Notes: generated by a model from the letters alone, not told the origin. DNA of 54,974 bases from a candidate division WOR-3 bacterium (GCA_965649225.1 CBFGJX010000019.1:1-54974); one strand, 5' to 3'. Shown: positions 7,796-17,358, counted from the stretch's first letter. Numbers and translations are program-made.

Positions 7796-8968
7796 TTACA
7801 TCAGCGCGCCATACACCAGACCGGCGATGGTTGAGAGGGTAACCACGAGCAGGATGAAGGTAAAGGCCCGCTTCGGGCCGATGGTGCGGGTGATGACGAT
7901 CATCGAAGGCAGGGACAGGGCCGGGCCGGACAGCAGCAGCGCGAGCGCCGGGCCTTTGCCCATACCCGAGCCGAGCAGGCCCTGCAGTATCGGAATCTCG
8001 GTCAGCGTGGCGAAGTACATCAGCGCACCCGAGACCGAGGCGAAGAGGTTGGCGGCAAGCGAGTTGCCGCCAACAAGGCCGGCTATGATGCCGTCCGGGA
8101 TGACGCCGGCGTTGAGGCCGGGCCGGCCCAGAAGAAAGCCGGCGACAAACACTCCGCCCAGCAGCAGAGGCAGTATCTGCTTGGCGAAGCTCCACGTGGA
8201 CTGAATCCAAGCCCTGCGCTCTTCGGAGTTGAACCAGCGCCAGACCATCAGCAGTGTGGCGAGCAGGAAGGCGCCGGCGAGGTACCACTTGACCGAGAAG
8301 ACCGCGTTGAAGAAGCCGATTGGCTCTCTGGGCTTGCCCCAGTTCGCGAAGACAAGAAAGGCAATCATCGCGGCGAAGTAGAGAACGTTCTGGCCGAGGT
8401 TGCGGCGACTCGCTTCGGCCGAGAGGCCGGCGATGCCCGCGCCCTCGGTCCGCTGCCGTTCAGCCCGGGAGAAGACCAGGGCCATTCCCAGCCCGATGAC
8501 AACCGAGAAGATGACCGCGCCGATTGCCCGGGCCGCGCCCAGTTCGAGACCGAGCACGCGGCCGGTCATCAGTATCGCCAGCACGTTTATGGCCGGTCCC
8601 GAGTAGAGGAATGTCGAAGCGACGCCGAGGCCGGCCCCGGCGTAGTAGATGCCCATGAACATCGGCAGGACCGTGCAGGAGCAGACCGCGAGAATCGCGC
8701 CGGAGACCGAGGCGATTGAGTAGGCCAGGACCTTGTTGGATTTCGGGCCGAAGTACTTGAGGACGGCTTCCTTGGAGATGAAGTTCTGGATAGCGCCGGC
8801 GATGAAGAAGGCGGGCACGAGGCAGAGCAGGACGTGGAGTCGGGCGTAGTCCTGCAGCATCAGGAAACCCTCGATGAGCGCTCCCTGCACGCGCGCCGTT
8901 TCGACCGGCAGGAAGTAGAAGAGGAGGAATGCGGCGAGAATGAGCGCCAGCTTCCAGCGTTCCTTCAT
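7796..8968 (-). CDS. ArsP/DUF318-family permease (second subfamily)
   Basis: HVLLCLVPAFFIAGAI, AVCSCTVLP, FLYSGPAINVLA, MYFATLTEIP and GPALSLPSM motifs. Confidence 0.9.
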   Translation of the reverse strand: MKERWKLALILAAFLLFYFLPVETARVQGALIEGFLMLQDYARLHVLLCLVPAFFIAGAIQNFISKEAVLKYFGPKSNKVLAYSIASVSGAILAVCSCTVLPMFMGIYYAGAGLGVASTFLYSGPAINVLAILMTGRVLGLELGAARAIGAVIFSVVIGLGMALVFSRAERQRTEGAGIAGLSAEASRRNLGQNVLYFAAMIAFLVFANWGKPREPIGFFNAVFSVKWYLAGAFLLATLLMVWRWFNSEERRAWIQSTWSFAKQILPLLLGGVFVAGFLLGRPGLNAGVIPDGIIAGLVGGNSLAANLFASVSGALMYFATLTEIPILQGLLGSGMGKGPALALLLSGPALSLPSMIVITRTIGPKRAFTFILLVVTLSTIAGLVYGALM

Positions 8969-8971
8969 CGC

Positions 8972-9502
8972 TTACTCCCAGCCGAACTCCCGGAACTTCG
9001 CGACGATGGAGTCGCGCGGGTACACGCCGATGTGGCGGTAGAGCTCCTTGCCGTCCGGGTCGTAGAAGATCTGCGTCGGGATGACCTGGATGCGGGCCTG
9101 CTGGGTCTGTTCGCGGTCCCGGTACACGTTGATGATGCGGATGTCGACCTTGCCGGCGTATTCCTGCATCATCGGGTTGAGGATGGTTTCCATTTCCTTG
9201 CAGGGCAGGCAGTTGTCCGAGCCGTAGTCCCACATCCGCGGCAGAGCCTTGGGCTTGGGCGGCGGCTGCGGCTCGACCTTGGGCTCAGTCTTCGGTTCGG
9301 CCCTGTGCCGCACCGTGTCCGCCGCCGGGGCGACGGCCGAGTCGGCCGGCGGCAGGGTTTCGCAGATCTCGTCCTGCGCGGCGAGAGAGGTTTCGGCCGG
9401 CGGGTTGGCGGTCGCGGCTGAGTCCCTGGTGCCGCCGCAGCCCGGCGCTGCAAGCAGCATGGCCAGTGCCGTCATAACAAGTATCAGGTGTCGGTGAGTC
9501 AT
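8972..9502 (-). CDS. Thioredoxin-family lipoprotein
   Basis: Lipobox APG|C, Pro/Ala-rich linker, DYGSDNCLPCKEM active site and IPTQIF cis-Pro loop. Confidence 0.88.
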   Translation of the reverse strand: MTHRHLILVMTALAMLLAAPGCGGTRDSAATANPPAETSLAAQDEICETLPPADSAVAPAADTVRHRAEPKTEPKVEPQPPPKPKALPRMWDYGSDNCLPCKEMETILNPMMQEYAGKVDIRIINVYRDREQTQQARIQVIPTQIFYDPDGKELYRHIGVYPRDSIVAKFREFGWE

Positions 9503-9517
9503 CAGCTTCTCCTTAGC

Positions 9518-10219
9518 TCAACGCTTGACAAGTTCGTAGACAAACCAGGCGGCCACGAGTAGCAGCAGTACGCCCGAGGCTTTCTTGAGAACGGTCGAAA
9601 GCTTCTTCAGGCCCCTGGAGTTCACCAACGCCTCGGCGATGCCCATCGAGCTGCCGGCAACCAGTACCAGCACCGAGTGGCCGAGCGCGTAGGTGAACAG
9701 CAGCAGCCCACCGTAGAGCACGTTGCCCCTGGACGCGACATACGACAGGATGACCGCGAGTATCGGCATCGCGCAGGGCGTCGCGATGACACCGGTGAGA
9801 GCGCCGAGCAGAAAAGCACCCACAACACCGCCGGCCTTGGGCGTGATGCCGCGGGGCAGCGGCAGCTCGAAGTTCGGGAAGAAGAGTATCTGTCCGCCCA
9901 TCACGACACAGACGATGATGATAAGGACGGGCCAGAACTTCGATGTCGTGCCGAAGAGCGTGCCGGCGAGGCCGGCGACCATCCCCAGCGCGGTGAACGC
10001 GGCGGCGATGCCGATGAACAGAAACAGCGCCAGCAGGAACGCGTAACCCTTGCTCCGGTCGCTGGCATAGCCGCCGACGAACCCGATGGCCAGCGGTATC
10101 GAGGCCAGCACGCAGGGGTTGAGCGCGGTGACCAGCCCGCCGAGGAAAACGACCGGTACGGCAAGCAGAGGCTGGGAAGTGATGAGCTTTTCGGCGCTGG
10201 CAAGCAGATTACCGAGCAT
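9518..10219 (-). CDS. ccdA: CcdA/DsbD-like transmembrane electron transporter
   Basis: Paired LNPCVL and ATPCAMP cysteines in a protein with six hydrophobic segments. Confidence 0.85.
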   Translation of the reverse strand: MLGNLLASAEKLITSQPLLAVPVVFLGGLVTALNPCVLASIPLAIGFVGGYASDRSKGYAFLLALFLFIGIAAAFTALGMVAGLAGTLFGTTSKFWPVLIIIVCVVMGGQILFFPNFELPLPRGITPKAGGVVGAFLLGALTGVIATPCAMPILAVILSYVASRGNVLYGGLLLFTYALGHSVLVLVAGSSMGIAEALVNSRGLKKLSTVLKKASGVLLLLVAAWFVYELVKR

Positions 10220-10222
10220 GCC

Positions 10223-11062
10223 TCACCAACTTTTCTGTTTGATTGCGCTGACCTTGATACTGCGCACGCCGGCGGCGAGGCGGACCAGTTCATCCGCTGC
10301 GAGACCGGATTCGCGCACCAGCGCCTGCAGGGTCGGGTCGCTGGCCGCGGCCTCGACCGGGAAGCGTTCTTCGCCGACCACCCTGATGTCGGTGAAGCCG
10401 GCCGCGGCAATCAGCTCGAGGTACTCAGAACGCAGGCTGGCCCCGGAGATGCAGCCGACATAGGCGGCGGCAGACTCCAGTATCGCTCTGGGCAGCGGTG
10501 CGGCGAGCACGATGTCGGATACCATCAGCCGGCCGCCGGGGCGCAGTACGCGGAATGCCTCGCGGAACACCTGCAGCTTGTCCGGTGACAGGTTGATGAC
10601 GCAGTTGGAGATGACGCAGTCGACCGACGAGTCGGCCACGGGCAGGTGCTCGATTTCACCCAGCCGGAATTCGACGTTGGCGCAGGCGCTCCTGCGGGCG
10701 TTCTCGCGCGCCTTTTCGACCATCTCCGGTGTCATATCCACGCCGATGACCCGGCCGGATGGGCCGACCCTGTGAGCAGCAAGGAAGCAGTCGAAGCCGG
10801 CGCCGGAGCCGAGGTCAAGCACTGTCTCGCCGGCCTTGAGGCCTGCCAGCGCGACCGGATTGCCGCAACCGAGCCCGAGGTTGGCGCCGTCCGGGACCGA
10901 TGCGAGGTCGACGTCGGTGTAACCGATGGTGCGGCTGGTCTGTTCTGCGGTCGAGCCGCCGCAGCAGGAGCTGCCCGAGCCGCAGCACGAGCCGCCGCCG
11001 CGCGCGACCGCGCCGTAGGCGTCGCGTACTGTTCTGCGAATACCGTCGTTATTCGTGGACAT
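10223..11062 (-). CDS. arsM: Arsenite S-adenosylmethionine methyltransferase
   Basis: NLGLGCGNP, VLDLGSGAGFDCF, VISNCVINL and YVGCISGA motifs; AAGGAG RBS before ATG 11062. Confidence 0.93.
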   Translation of the reverse strand: MSTNNDGIRRTVRDAYGAVARGGGSCCGSGSSCCGGSTAEQTSRTIGYTDVDLASVPDGANLGLGCGNPVALAGLKAGETVLDLGSGAGFDCFLAAHRVGPSGRVIGVDMTPEMVEKARENARRSACANVEFRLGEIEHLPVADSSVDCVISNCVINLSPDKLQVFREAFRVLRPGGRLMVSDIVLAAPLPRAILESAAAYVGCISGASLRSEYLELIAAAGFTDIRVVGEERFPVEAAASDPTLQALVRESGLAADELVRLAAGVRSIKVSAIKQKSW

Positions 11063-11426
11063 TGCTTCTCCTTGTTGTCTCCGCCCGGGCGCAGCAGGTG
11101 CGGACAGATGCCTTGGGTCGGCGCGCGGTGCAACGGTCGGACTTGTGGCTGGCGGCAAGACGCCGGGCGTGTTCGATCAGCTCAAGGATAGACGCGTCGG
11201 TCAGCCGGTAGCGCATCCAACGACCGTCGCGGCGCGAGGTGACGACCCCCGCCTGTTCAAGCACCGAGAGGTGATGAGACACGACCGAGAACGCGGTCGG
11301 AAAGTAGGGGGTGATTTCGCAGACACAGCGTTCACCGCCGGCCAGGAGTTCGACCATACGCAGACGATACTCGCTGCCCAGGGCGGCCAGCAGGGCGGTC
11401 GTCAGGCGCCTGCTTCGTTCATCCAT
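11049..11426 (-). CDS. arsR: ArsR/SmtB-family metalloregulator
   Basis: ERCVCEI box, VSHHL..L..AG.V..RRDGRW..YRL helix-turn-helix, and extra C-terminal C...CC residues. Confidence 0.9.
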   Translation of the reverse strand: MDERSRRLTTALLAALGSEYRLRMVELLAGGERCVCEITPYFPTAFSVVSHHLSVLEQAGVVTSRRDGRWMRYRLTDASILELIEHARRLAASHKSDRCTARRPKASVRTCCARAETTRRSNVHE

Positions 11427-11462
11427 ATTTCTAAAAATATAGAAATTGTTTGCCGGTGTCAA
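11427..11462 (-). promoter_or_regulatory. ars promoter with a probable ArsR operator
   Basis: TTGACA-N17-TATTTT-N7-ATG; perfect inverted repeat ATTTCTA-N6-TAGAAAT (11427-11446) covering the -10 box. Confidence 0.75.
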
Positions 11463-11579
11463 GCGGAAGGCGAGAGGATGGTTAAAAAGGGCGGGGTGAG
11501 TTCGTTCGGGGCTCGGGTGTGCAAACCGGGCGAGTCGGGGCTGTGGCAGCGGTACGGATCGGGGTAGCTGTCCGGCCGG

Positions 11580-12215
11580 TCAGCGGTTGCCGAGCGCGGA
11601 GCGGGCCCGGTCGAGCTCTTCGAAAATGTAGTCGCGGATCGTATCGAGCATCTCGGGCGGCGTTGAATCAAGTTGAGCGACGAGGTCGTCAATGGTCCGG
11701 AGGGCGCTGAAGACCTCGGCAAGTTCACCCTCGCCGCCCGGGCCGAGTTTTTCCATCAGTCTGTCGGCCCGTGCTTCGATTTTGCCGGCGCGTTCGGAGA
11801 TGCCGGCAACGAATTCCGGTACACGCTCCGGGGTGAGTGGCCGACGCAGGGGGTCGCCGGCGGCAAGACGAACAGTTACAATCGTGGCAAGGAGAATCGT
11901 ACCGGCAATGCCGAGAACCAGGCCGGCCTTGGCCTGGCCTGGGTTGGGTGCATGCCGGCGCAGGGCAAGCCAGCCGGTGATCAGCGCCAGCGGGCCGGTA
12001 CCGAGCAAGCCCAGAATCAGACTGGCGGTGCTGATGCCGATGGATTTGATCGCGCTTCCAGCCGCGGGGATCGGCGTCGTCCGAGGCGGGGGTATTTCTT
12101 CTTCAGGTTCCCAAGTTTCACGTGCCCGGGCATAGGATTCCAGCCGGGTTCGGCATTCCCGGCAGAATCTTGCCTCATCTGGATTTGCGGCGCCGCAGGC
12201 AGGACAGTGTGGCAT
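11580..12215 (-). CDS. Zinc-ribbon / DUF4190-like membrane protein
   Basis: CPACG..N...ARFCREC ribbon; ASLILG...ALITG..A.......G.A.AGLVLG. Confidence 0.75.
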   Translation of the reverse strand: MPHCPACGAANPDEARFCRECRTRLESYARARETWEPEEEIPPPRTTPIPAAGSAIKSIGISTASLILGLLGTGPLALITGWLALRRHAPNPGQAKAGLVLGIAGTILLATIVTVRLAAGDPLRRPLTPERVPEFVAGISERAGKIEARADRLMEKLGPGGEGELAEVFSALRTIDDLVAQLDSTPPEMLDTIRDYIFEELDRARSALGNR

Positions 12216-12271
12216 CTTAGTGAGTTGTCAGTCCTGAAACAGGGGCAGTTATAGCAACTGACACTGGTTTG

Positions 12272-12829
12272 TCAATCGTGCCGGTCGAGTTCGGCAAGTA
12301 CCAGACGGTAGCAGTCGAGAGTCGGTGTGTCGAAGCAGACATGGATGATTCGGTCGAAACGTCCTGCTGCTTCCCGAGTCAGCGAGAGGGCAATCCGGGC
12401 GGCACGTTCCGGTGGGAAGCGATAGGCGCCGGTGCTGATTGCAGGAAAGGCGATTGTGCGAATGTTGTGTCGTTCGGCGAGGTGGAGTGAGTTGCGATAG
12501 CAGGCGGCGAGCAGTTCGTCCTCACGGTTGTTGCCGCCGCGCCAGACCGGGCCGACGGTGTGAATCACCCAACGGGCCGGCAGGTTGTAACCGGCGGTGA
12601 TGCGGGCCTCGCCGGTCGGGCAACCGCCAAGCCGGCGGCATTCCTCAAGCAGACCCGGGCCGGCAGCGCGGTGAATCGCACCGTCGACGCCGCCGCCGCC
12701 GAGCAGTGAAGTGTTGGCCGCGTTGACAATGGCGTCAACCGCGAAAGTGGTGATGTCACCGCCCACGACAACCAGCCGGCCGTCAGCAGCAGTACCGGTG
12801 TTCAATGAGCTGGAAGCTTGCTGCTGCAA
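12272..12829 (-). CDS. Macrodomain O-acetyl-ADP-ribose deacetylase (YmdB-like); start uncertain
   Basis: [36 protein letters not shown] and AFPAISTG motifs. Confidence 0.93.
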   Translation of the reverse strand: MQQQASSSLNTGTAADGRLVVVGGDITTFAVDAIVNAANTSLLGGGGVDGAIHRAAGPGLLEECRRLGGCPTGEARITAGYNLPARWVIHTVGPVWRGGNNREDELLAACYRNSLHLAERHNIRTIAFPAISTGAYRFPPERAARIALSLTREAAGRFDRIIHVCFDTPTLDCYRLVLAELDRHD

Positions 12830-12862
12830 CCACAGCTTGTCAAGTCCCGAGCGCCAGTGCCG

Positions 12863-14374
12863 TCAGGGTACGAGCAACAACCGGGAGGTTGCAGCGAGCC
12901 GCTTGTCATCGGAACAGAGGACATAAGCACCGGCGGCGAGTCTGGAAATGTCGTTGCAGCCTGCCCGTAACCGGCTGACGGGCCTGCCGGTGATATCAAA
13001 CAGCGTCCCGGCAGAGGCCAGCTCAAGCCTTCCGCGTGCTACGGTCGCGCCTGCCAGCGGCCTGCCCGACGGCGGAGCCGGAGCTTCCGCAACTGCGCCA
13101 GCGGGGCTCACGCTCACTGCGAGCATGTCGCGGTCGCCACTGCTTGAGGTGCCCGAACCCGCCATGACGAGGTTGCCATCAGTTGCAGCGTAGCCGCAGA
13201 ACGGCTGGACAAACTCGTTGCCGCCGGCATCGTAGCGATAAACCCATTGCTCGCTGCCCGACGGGGTGAGGCTCAGGGCGACCATGTCCATGTCCCATGC
13301 CGGTCCCGTGCTCGGACCGAAGACGTAGACGTTGCCGTCGCTGCCGATGTCCACGGCCATGCCCTTGTCGTCGCTGGCAACCGGACCGGCGTAGCGGTAG
13401 ACCCAGCGCTCGGTGCCCGCGCCGGTGATGGAAACCACGATGATATCGGCTGCGGTCGTCGGGTCGCTGGTGTAGCCGCAGACATAGGCGTTGCTCTGGT
13501 CGTCGAAGCAGATGTCCTGGGCGATGTCGGTCCGGCCCATCCGGCTGTACTCGTAGGTCCACTGCGGGTCGCCGGTCGCCTCGGACAGCTTCGTCACCAG
13601 CAGATTGCCGGTGTACGGCCCGGTCCCGGTGATGCCGGCAAGATACAGCCCGCCGGCCGGCCCGACCGTCATCTTGTACACGGCGTCATCGTAGCCGTGG
13701 AGATTGATCATGCGAACCCAGGAGCCGTACTTGTAGACGTAGATCCAGGTCTTGTCCTGGTAGATGGTCGAGCCGGCGACGTAGACGCCGCCGTCCGGGC
13801 CGGCGCAGATGGCCGCGGGCGAAACCCCGGCGCTCTCCGGGCCCCAGAACTCAATCCGGTCGATAAGTTGCCCCGTGCTGCTCAGGGCCCACAGTTCCAT
13901 CCAGCGGTCCGAGCGGCCCGCACCGTAGATATTGCCCCACGGGCCTTCGCAGACGCAGCGACACTCGTCCTGGCTCCACAGGTGGGGCGCATCCCAGTTG
14001 TACTTCCAGAGTCTGGACCCGCCGATGCTGTGGCAGATAATCGCAGCGTCGGCCTCGTCGCCGTAGCGGACTCCGGCAACCAGGACGCGGCCGCCGGACG
14101 CCCGGACAGCGTTGCGGTAGTAGACGGATTCGAGCGTGCCGACCCAGGCCTGGCTGCCGCCGGAGCCGAGTTCGACCAGCAGGGTCGCCATCGTGCTGGT
14201 CAGGGTGTCGTAGCCGCTGCCGACGAGAGTGGCGTTGCCGGCGTTGTTTTCAAACAACGAATAGGCAATATCGCTTCTGTTGAACCGGCCATTCTGCCGC
14301 CAGGACCAGCGCAGGCTCTGCGACTGGCCGAATGCGGCCAGTACGAGGACGACGAGGACGATGTTTCGACGCGT
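12863..14374 (-). CDS. Secreted beta-propeller (SBBP-like) protein with a T9SS-like C-terminal domain; apparent ACG start
   Basis: Repeated D.A..I..D..GN.YV.G / G...W.Y.Y units and C-terminal FDITGR...LAAGAYV. The frame is open upstream of 14257 to a signal peptide (T)RRNIVLVVLVLAAFGQSQ placed just behind AAGGAG. Confidence 0.75.
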   Translation of the reverse strand, partial: TRRNIVLVVLVLAAFGQSQSLRWSWRQNGRFNRSDIAYSLFENNAGNATLVGSGYDTLTSTMATLLVELGSGGSQAWVGTLESVYYRNAVRASGGRVLVAGVRYGDEADAAIICHSIGGSRLWKYNWDAPHLWSQDECRCVCEGPWGNIYGAGRSDRWMELWALSSTGQLIDRIEFWGPESAGVSPAAICAGPDGGVYVAGSTIYQDKTWIYVYKYGSWVRMINLHGYDDAVYKMTVGPAGGLYLAGITGTGPYTGNLLVTKLSEATGDPQWTYEYSRMGRTDIAQDICFDDQSNAYVCGYTSDPTTAADIIVVSITGAGTERWVYRYAGPVASDDKGMAVDIGSDGNVYVFGPSTGPAWDMDMVALSLTPSGSEQWVYRYDAGGNEFVQPFCGYAATDGNLVMAGSGTSSSGDRDMLAVSVSPAGAVAEAPAPPSGRPLAGATVARGRLELASAGTLFDITGRPVSRLRAGCNDISRLAAGAYVLCSDDKRLAATSRLLLVP

Positions 14375-14392
14375 GATGCTCCTTTGTCACCG

Positions 14393-14417
14393 AAAAACTC
14401 CGCCGTTGCCGGCGGAG
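14393..14417 (-). terminator. Terminator-like hairpin in the 5' leader of the propeller gene
   Basis: Minus strand CTCCGCCG-gcaa-CGGCGGAG-TTTTT, lying between a TATAAT box and the RBS. Confidence 0.5.
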
Positions 14418-14576
14418 CGTCAACCAATAATTATAGCGGGGATAAGACAGATTTTCCACTAGGTCTGCTTTTTTGTCGGAAAGCTTGACCGGACGCCGGG
14501 CAACCGGCCGCTGCAACCAGCGATTGACAACTGCCCGTAGCGGTCGAGAATGGGACGCCAGCACGGGATGCCATCA

Positions 14577-16304
14577 ATGGAAGACAGCAAGACAAGACTG
14601 GACATTGCCGGAGCGGCGCTGCGGCTTTTCGGCTGGCAGCGACGGCAGCGCCAGCTTTCACGGACTCGTCATGTTGCGGCAGTTCTGGCCCGCTATGGTT
14701 TCACTGAGCTGAGCAAACGCCTTGGCCTTGAGGCGTTGTTCGGCCTGCGGCGCCGGTTGCGGCGCGAACGGGAGTGTCGTGAGTCACTGGGAATGTCGGA
14801 GTCGGAACGGCTGGTGCGGGTGCTGGAGGAACTGGGCCCTACCTTTATCAAGCTGGGCCAGGTGCTTTCAACCCGTCCCGATATTCTGGCACCGGAATTT
14901 GTCGCCGCGCTGTCACGGCTGCAGGACCGCGTGGCTGGTTTTGATTACCAGGCCGCGGCGGCAGTGGTTCAACGTGAGCTCGGCGCACCGCCAACCGAGG
15001 TTTTCGACTGGTTTGAACGCGAGCCACTGGCGGCGGCATCGCTGGCCCAGGTGCACCGGGCGCGCCTGAAGACCGGCGAGGAGGTCGTCGTCAAGGTGCA
15101 GCGGCCCGAGGTGAGTGCAATCCTCGAGGGCGACCTGGCGATTCTGGCGGCGCTGGCGCGTCAGGCGGAGCGGCGACTCCCGGAAAGCGCCATCGTCGAT
15201 CCGGTACGGCTGATTGAAGAGTTCAGTCGCAGTATCCGGCAGGAACTGGACTATATCCGCGAGGGACAGAACTGCGATATCTGCCGGCGCAATTTCCGCG
15301 ACAATCCGACTGTGGCAGTGCCGGCGATGTACTGGCAGTACACCACGCGCCGGGTGCTGGTGCAGCAGCGGTTCGAGGGTATCAAGGTAACTGACGCCGC
15401 GGCACTGGCCGCTGCCGGCATCGACCGGCACCGGGTGGCCGAGATTGGCTGCCGGGCCTATATGCAGATGGTGTTTGAACACGGGTTTTTCCAGGCCGAC
15501 CCTCATCCGGGAAATCTTCTGGTGCTGGCCGACGGCCGCGTCGCAATATTCGATTATGGAATGTTCAGTCGCATCGACGAGGCGACGCGCGAGCTGCTGG
15601 TCGATCTGCTGCTGGCGGCATACGAACGCAAGCCGGACGCACTGGTGCGGCTGGTTCTGCAGGCGGGTTATGCCGCGCGGATGGTTGATGAGGCGGCGCT
15701 GCGCGCCGATGTCGGGGACCTGGTTGACCGCTACTGGGGAGTGGAGCTGGAGCGGATGTCGCTGGGGCGGACGACGCGCGAGCTCTTAGCACTGCTGCGG
15801 CGTCACGGTATCCGGATTCCACCCGGGCTGACAATGCTTTTGCGCGGTATCGGCACGATTGAGGGGCTGGGTCTGATGATCGACCCGCATTTCCGGCTGG
15901 TCGAGGAGATGCGGCCTTTCGTTCGCCGCGTCGCCTGGCAGCGCTACGGGCCGGGAGCCTGGATGCGTGCGGCCCGCCGTTCCGGAGCGGATTTCAGTGC
16001 ACTGGCCCGTACGCTGCCTGCCGACCTGCGGCAGATAATCGACTGGCTCAAGCGCGGCGAGTTCAAGCTGTCGCTCGACCAGGAAGAACTGCGCGAGATA
16101 TTCCACAACCTCGGCCGCTCCAATAACCGGCTGTCGGTGTCCATCGTCATCGCGGCTCTCATCATCGGCTCGTCGCTGTTGATGTTCGCTCACCCGGCCG
16201 GGTTCGAGCGGTTGGTGCCGACGGTCGGCATCGGCGGGTTCATCGCGGCCGGGCTGCTGGCCATCCTGCTGCTTTTGTCCGCCATTCGCGGCGGCTGGCT
16301 CTAG
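14577..16304 (+). CDS. AarF/ABC1/UbiB kinase family protein (start uncertain)
   Basis: EELGPTFIKLGQ.LSTRPD, AAASLAQVHRA, VVVKVQRP, FFQADPHPGN and DYGM motifs, plus C-terminal TM helices. Confidence 0.92.
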   Translation: MEDSKTRLDIAGAALRLFGWQRRQRQLSRTRHVAAVLARYGFTELSKRLGLEALFGLRRRLRRERECRESLGMSESERLVRVLEELGPTFIKLGQVLSTRPDILAPEFVAALSRLQDRVAGFDYQAAAAVVQRELGAPPTEVFDWFEREPLAAASLAQVHRARLKTGEEVVVKVQRPEVSAILEGDLAILAALARQAERRLPESAIVDPVRLIEEFSRSIRQELDYIREGQNCDICRRNFRDNPTVAVPAMYWQYTTRRVLVQQRFEGIKVTDAAALAAAGIDRHRVAEIGCRAYMQMVFEHGFFQADPHPGNLLVLADGRVAIFDYGMFSRIDEATRELLVDLLLAAYERKPDALVRLVLQAGYAARMVDEAALRADVGDLVDRYWGVELERMSLGRTTRELLALLRRHGIRIPPGLTMLLRGIGTIEGLGLMIDPHFRLVEEMRPFVRRVAWQRYGPGAWMRAARRSGADFSALARTLPADLRQIIDWLKRGEFKLSLDQEELREIFHNLGRSNNRLSVSIVIAALIIGSSLLMFAHPAGFERLVPTVGIGGFIAAGLLAILLLLSAIRGGWL

Positions 16305-16379
16305 TAGCGGCCGGCGGCGGGCAGGGATTCGGCGCGCGGTGCTGCGGCGGAGCTGACCGGACCGCACCTGTCTTCCTAG

Positions 16380-16407
16380 GGCCACTATAACCTTGGTTAT
16401 AGCGGCA
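16380..16407. repeat. 28-bp imperfect palindrome with dif/Xer-like 11-6-11 architecture
   Basis: ggccactATAA-ccttgg-TTATagcggca. Confidence 0.5.
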
Positions 16408-16697
16408 CCGGTCTGAGGCTGAAGCCGGAAGTCCAAGTAAGGCAATGTGTTGTGGGGACGGCCGTCATCGAGCGGCGCATCGACTCCCCCGCCTCCCGGG
16501 CGGCTTCGCTCGGGGCTTCTCCCGCCGCAACCAGCAGGGCTTTCTGGCCGGCAATCGAGGGCCCGGCCGTCGCGACGAGACTCGGCCCAAGGCCCAGACC
16601 GACGTTGGCCACAACCCTCAGTCCGACCGCTGGCCCGGTTCGCCCGGCTTGTCGTCGCGCCCTGACCGAGGCCTCTGTCTGCCCCTGTCTCGTTCCT

Positions 16698-16922
16698 TCA
16701 ATCCACGCGACTCGCTGCCCGTGGCACAGCGCAGTTCGCGCCGCCGGCGTCGGTCTTGCCGTCCCAGGTCATCAGGGCAGGGGGCTGGCCCTTGCGCGAG
16801 ACGCGCCGGACCGTTTCGCCGAGGCTGTTGGATACAACCAGTTCCCAGGAGGCGACGCGGGTTTCGAACGAGGGCATGAAGACCATCAGGTCGCCGTAGA
16901 TGAAGTCGCGCTCGACCGGCAC
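16698..16922 (-). pseudogene. Fragment of an FlgD-Ig-like domain gene
   Basis: SWELVVSNSLGETVRR...G.PP...TWDGKTD.G motif, without an N-terminus and degenerating at the C-terminus. Confidence 0.55.
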
Positions 16923-17307
16923 GCGGCTCTACACGCTCAAGCCTGTAGGCAACCGGGTGCTCTCCTACCGCATCCGCAGCTCAGACTCCCTGCCCGGCGG
17001 CGGCCAGGCCGCGGGTGCGAACAACCTGCCCAGAACTTTCACACTCAACGCCCCAAGGCCCAACCCGAGCAACCGAGAGACCCAGCTCAGCTACGGCCTG
17101 CCCAGAGCATCCAGAGTGGGCATCCGGCTCTACGACGCGGCGGGCCGGCAGTGTGCGCTGCTGGCCGAGGCCGAGCAAAAGCCCGGCTGGTATCATCTGA
17201 CCTGGGACGGCACCGGCAACGGCCGCGCCCTCCCGGCCGGCGTGTACTTCACCCAACTGACCACCGACAGCGGGAGGTTGCAGAAGAAGCTGGTGAGGGC
17301 AGAGTAG
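16900..17307 (+). pseudogene. Orphan C-terminal T9SS-like/FlgD-Ig sorting-domain fragment
   Basis: PRPNP....T.LSYGLP...V.I.LYD.AGR...WDG..NGR.LPAGVYF..L......KKLV, with no signal peptide or RBS. Confidence 0.65.
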
Positions 17308-17332
17308 CAGGGCGCAGTTGACAGCAGTATCC

Positions 17333-17358
17333 AAAAGCGGCGGGCAATTGCCCGCCGC
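17333..17358 (-). terminator. Rho-independent terminator for the thioredoxin gene
   Basis: AAAA-GCGGCGGGC-aatt-GCCCGCCGC. Confidence 0.7.

Noticed and set aside
16305..16450. tRNA-Sec or integron attC
   Set aside because: No cloverleaf, UCA anticodon arm or T-loop; the palindrome is too short for an attC.
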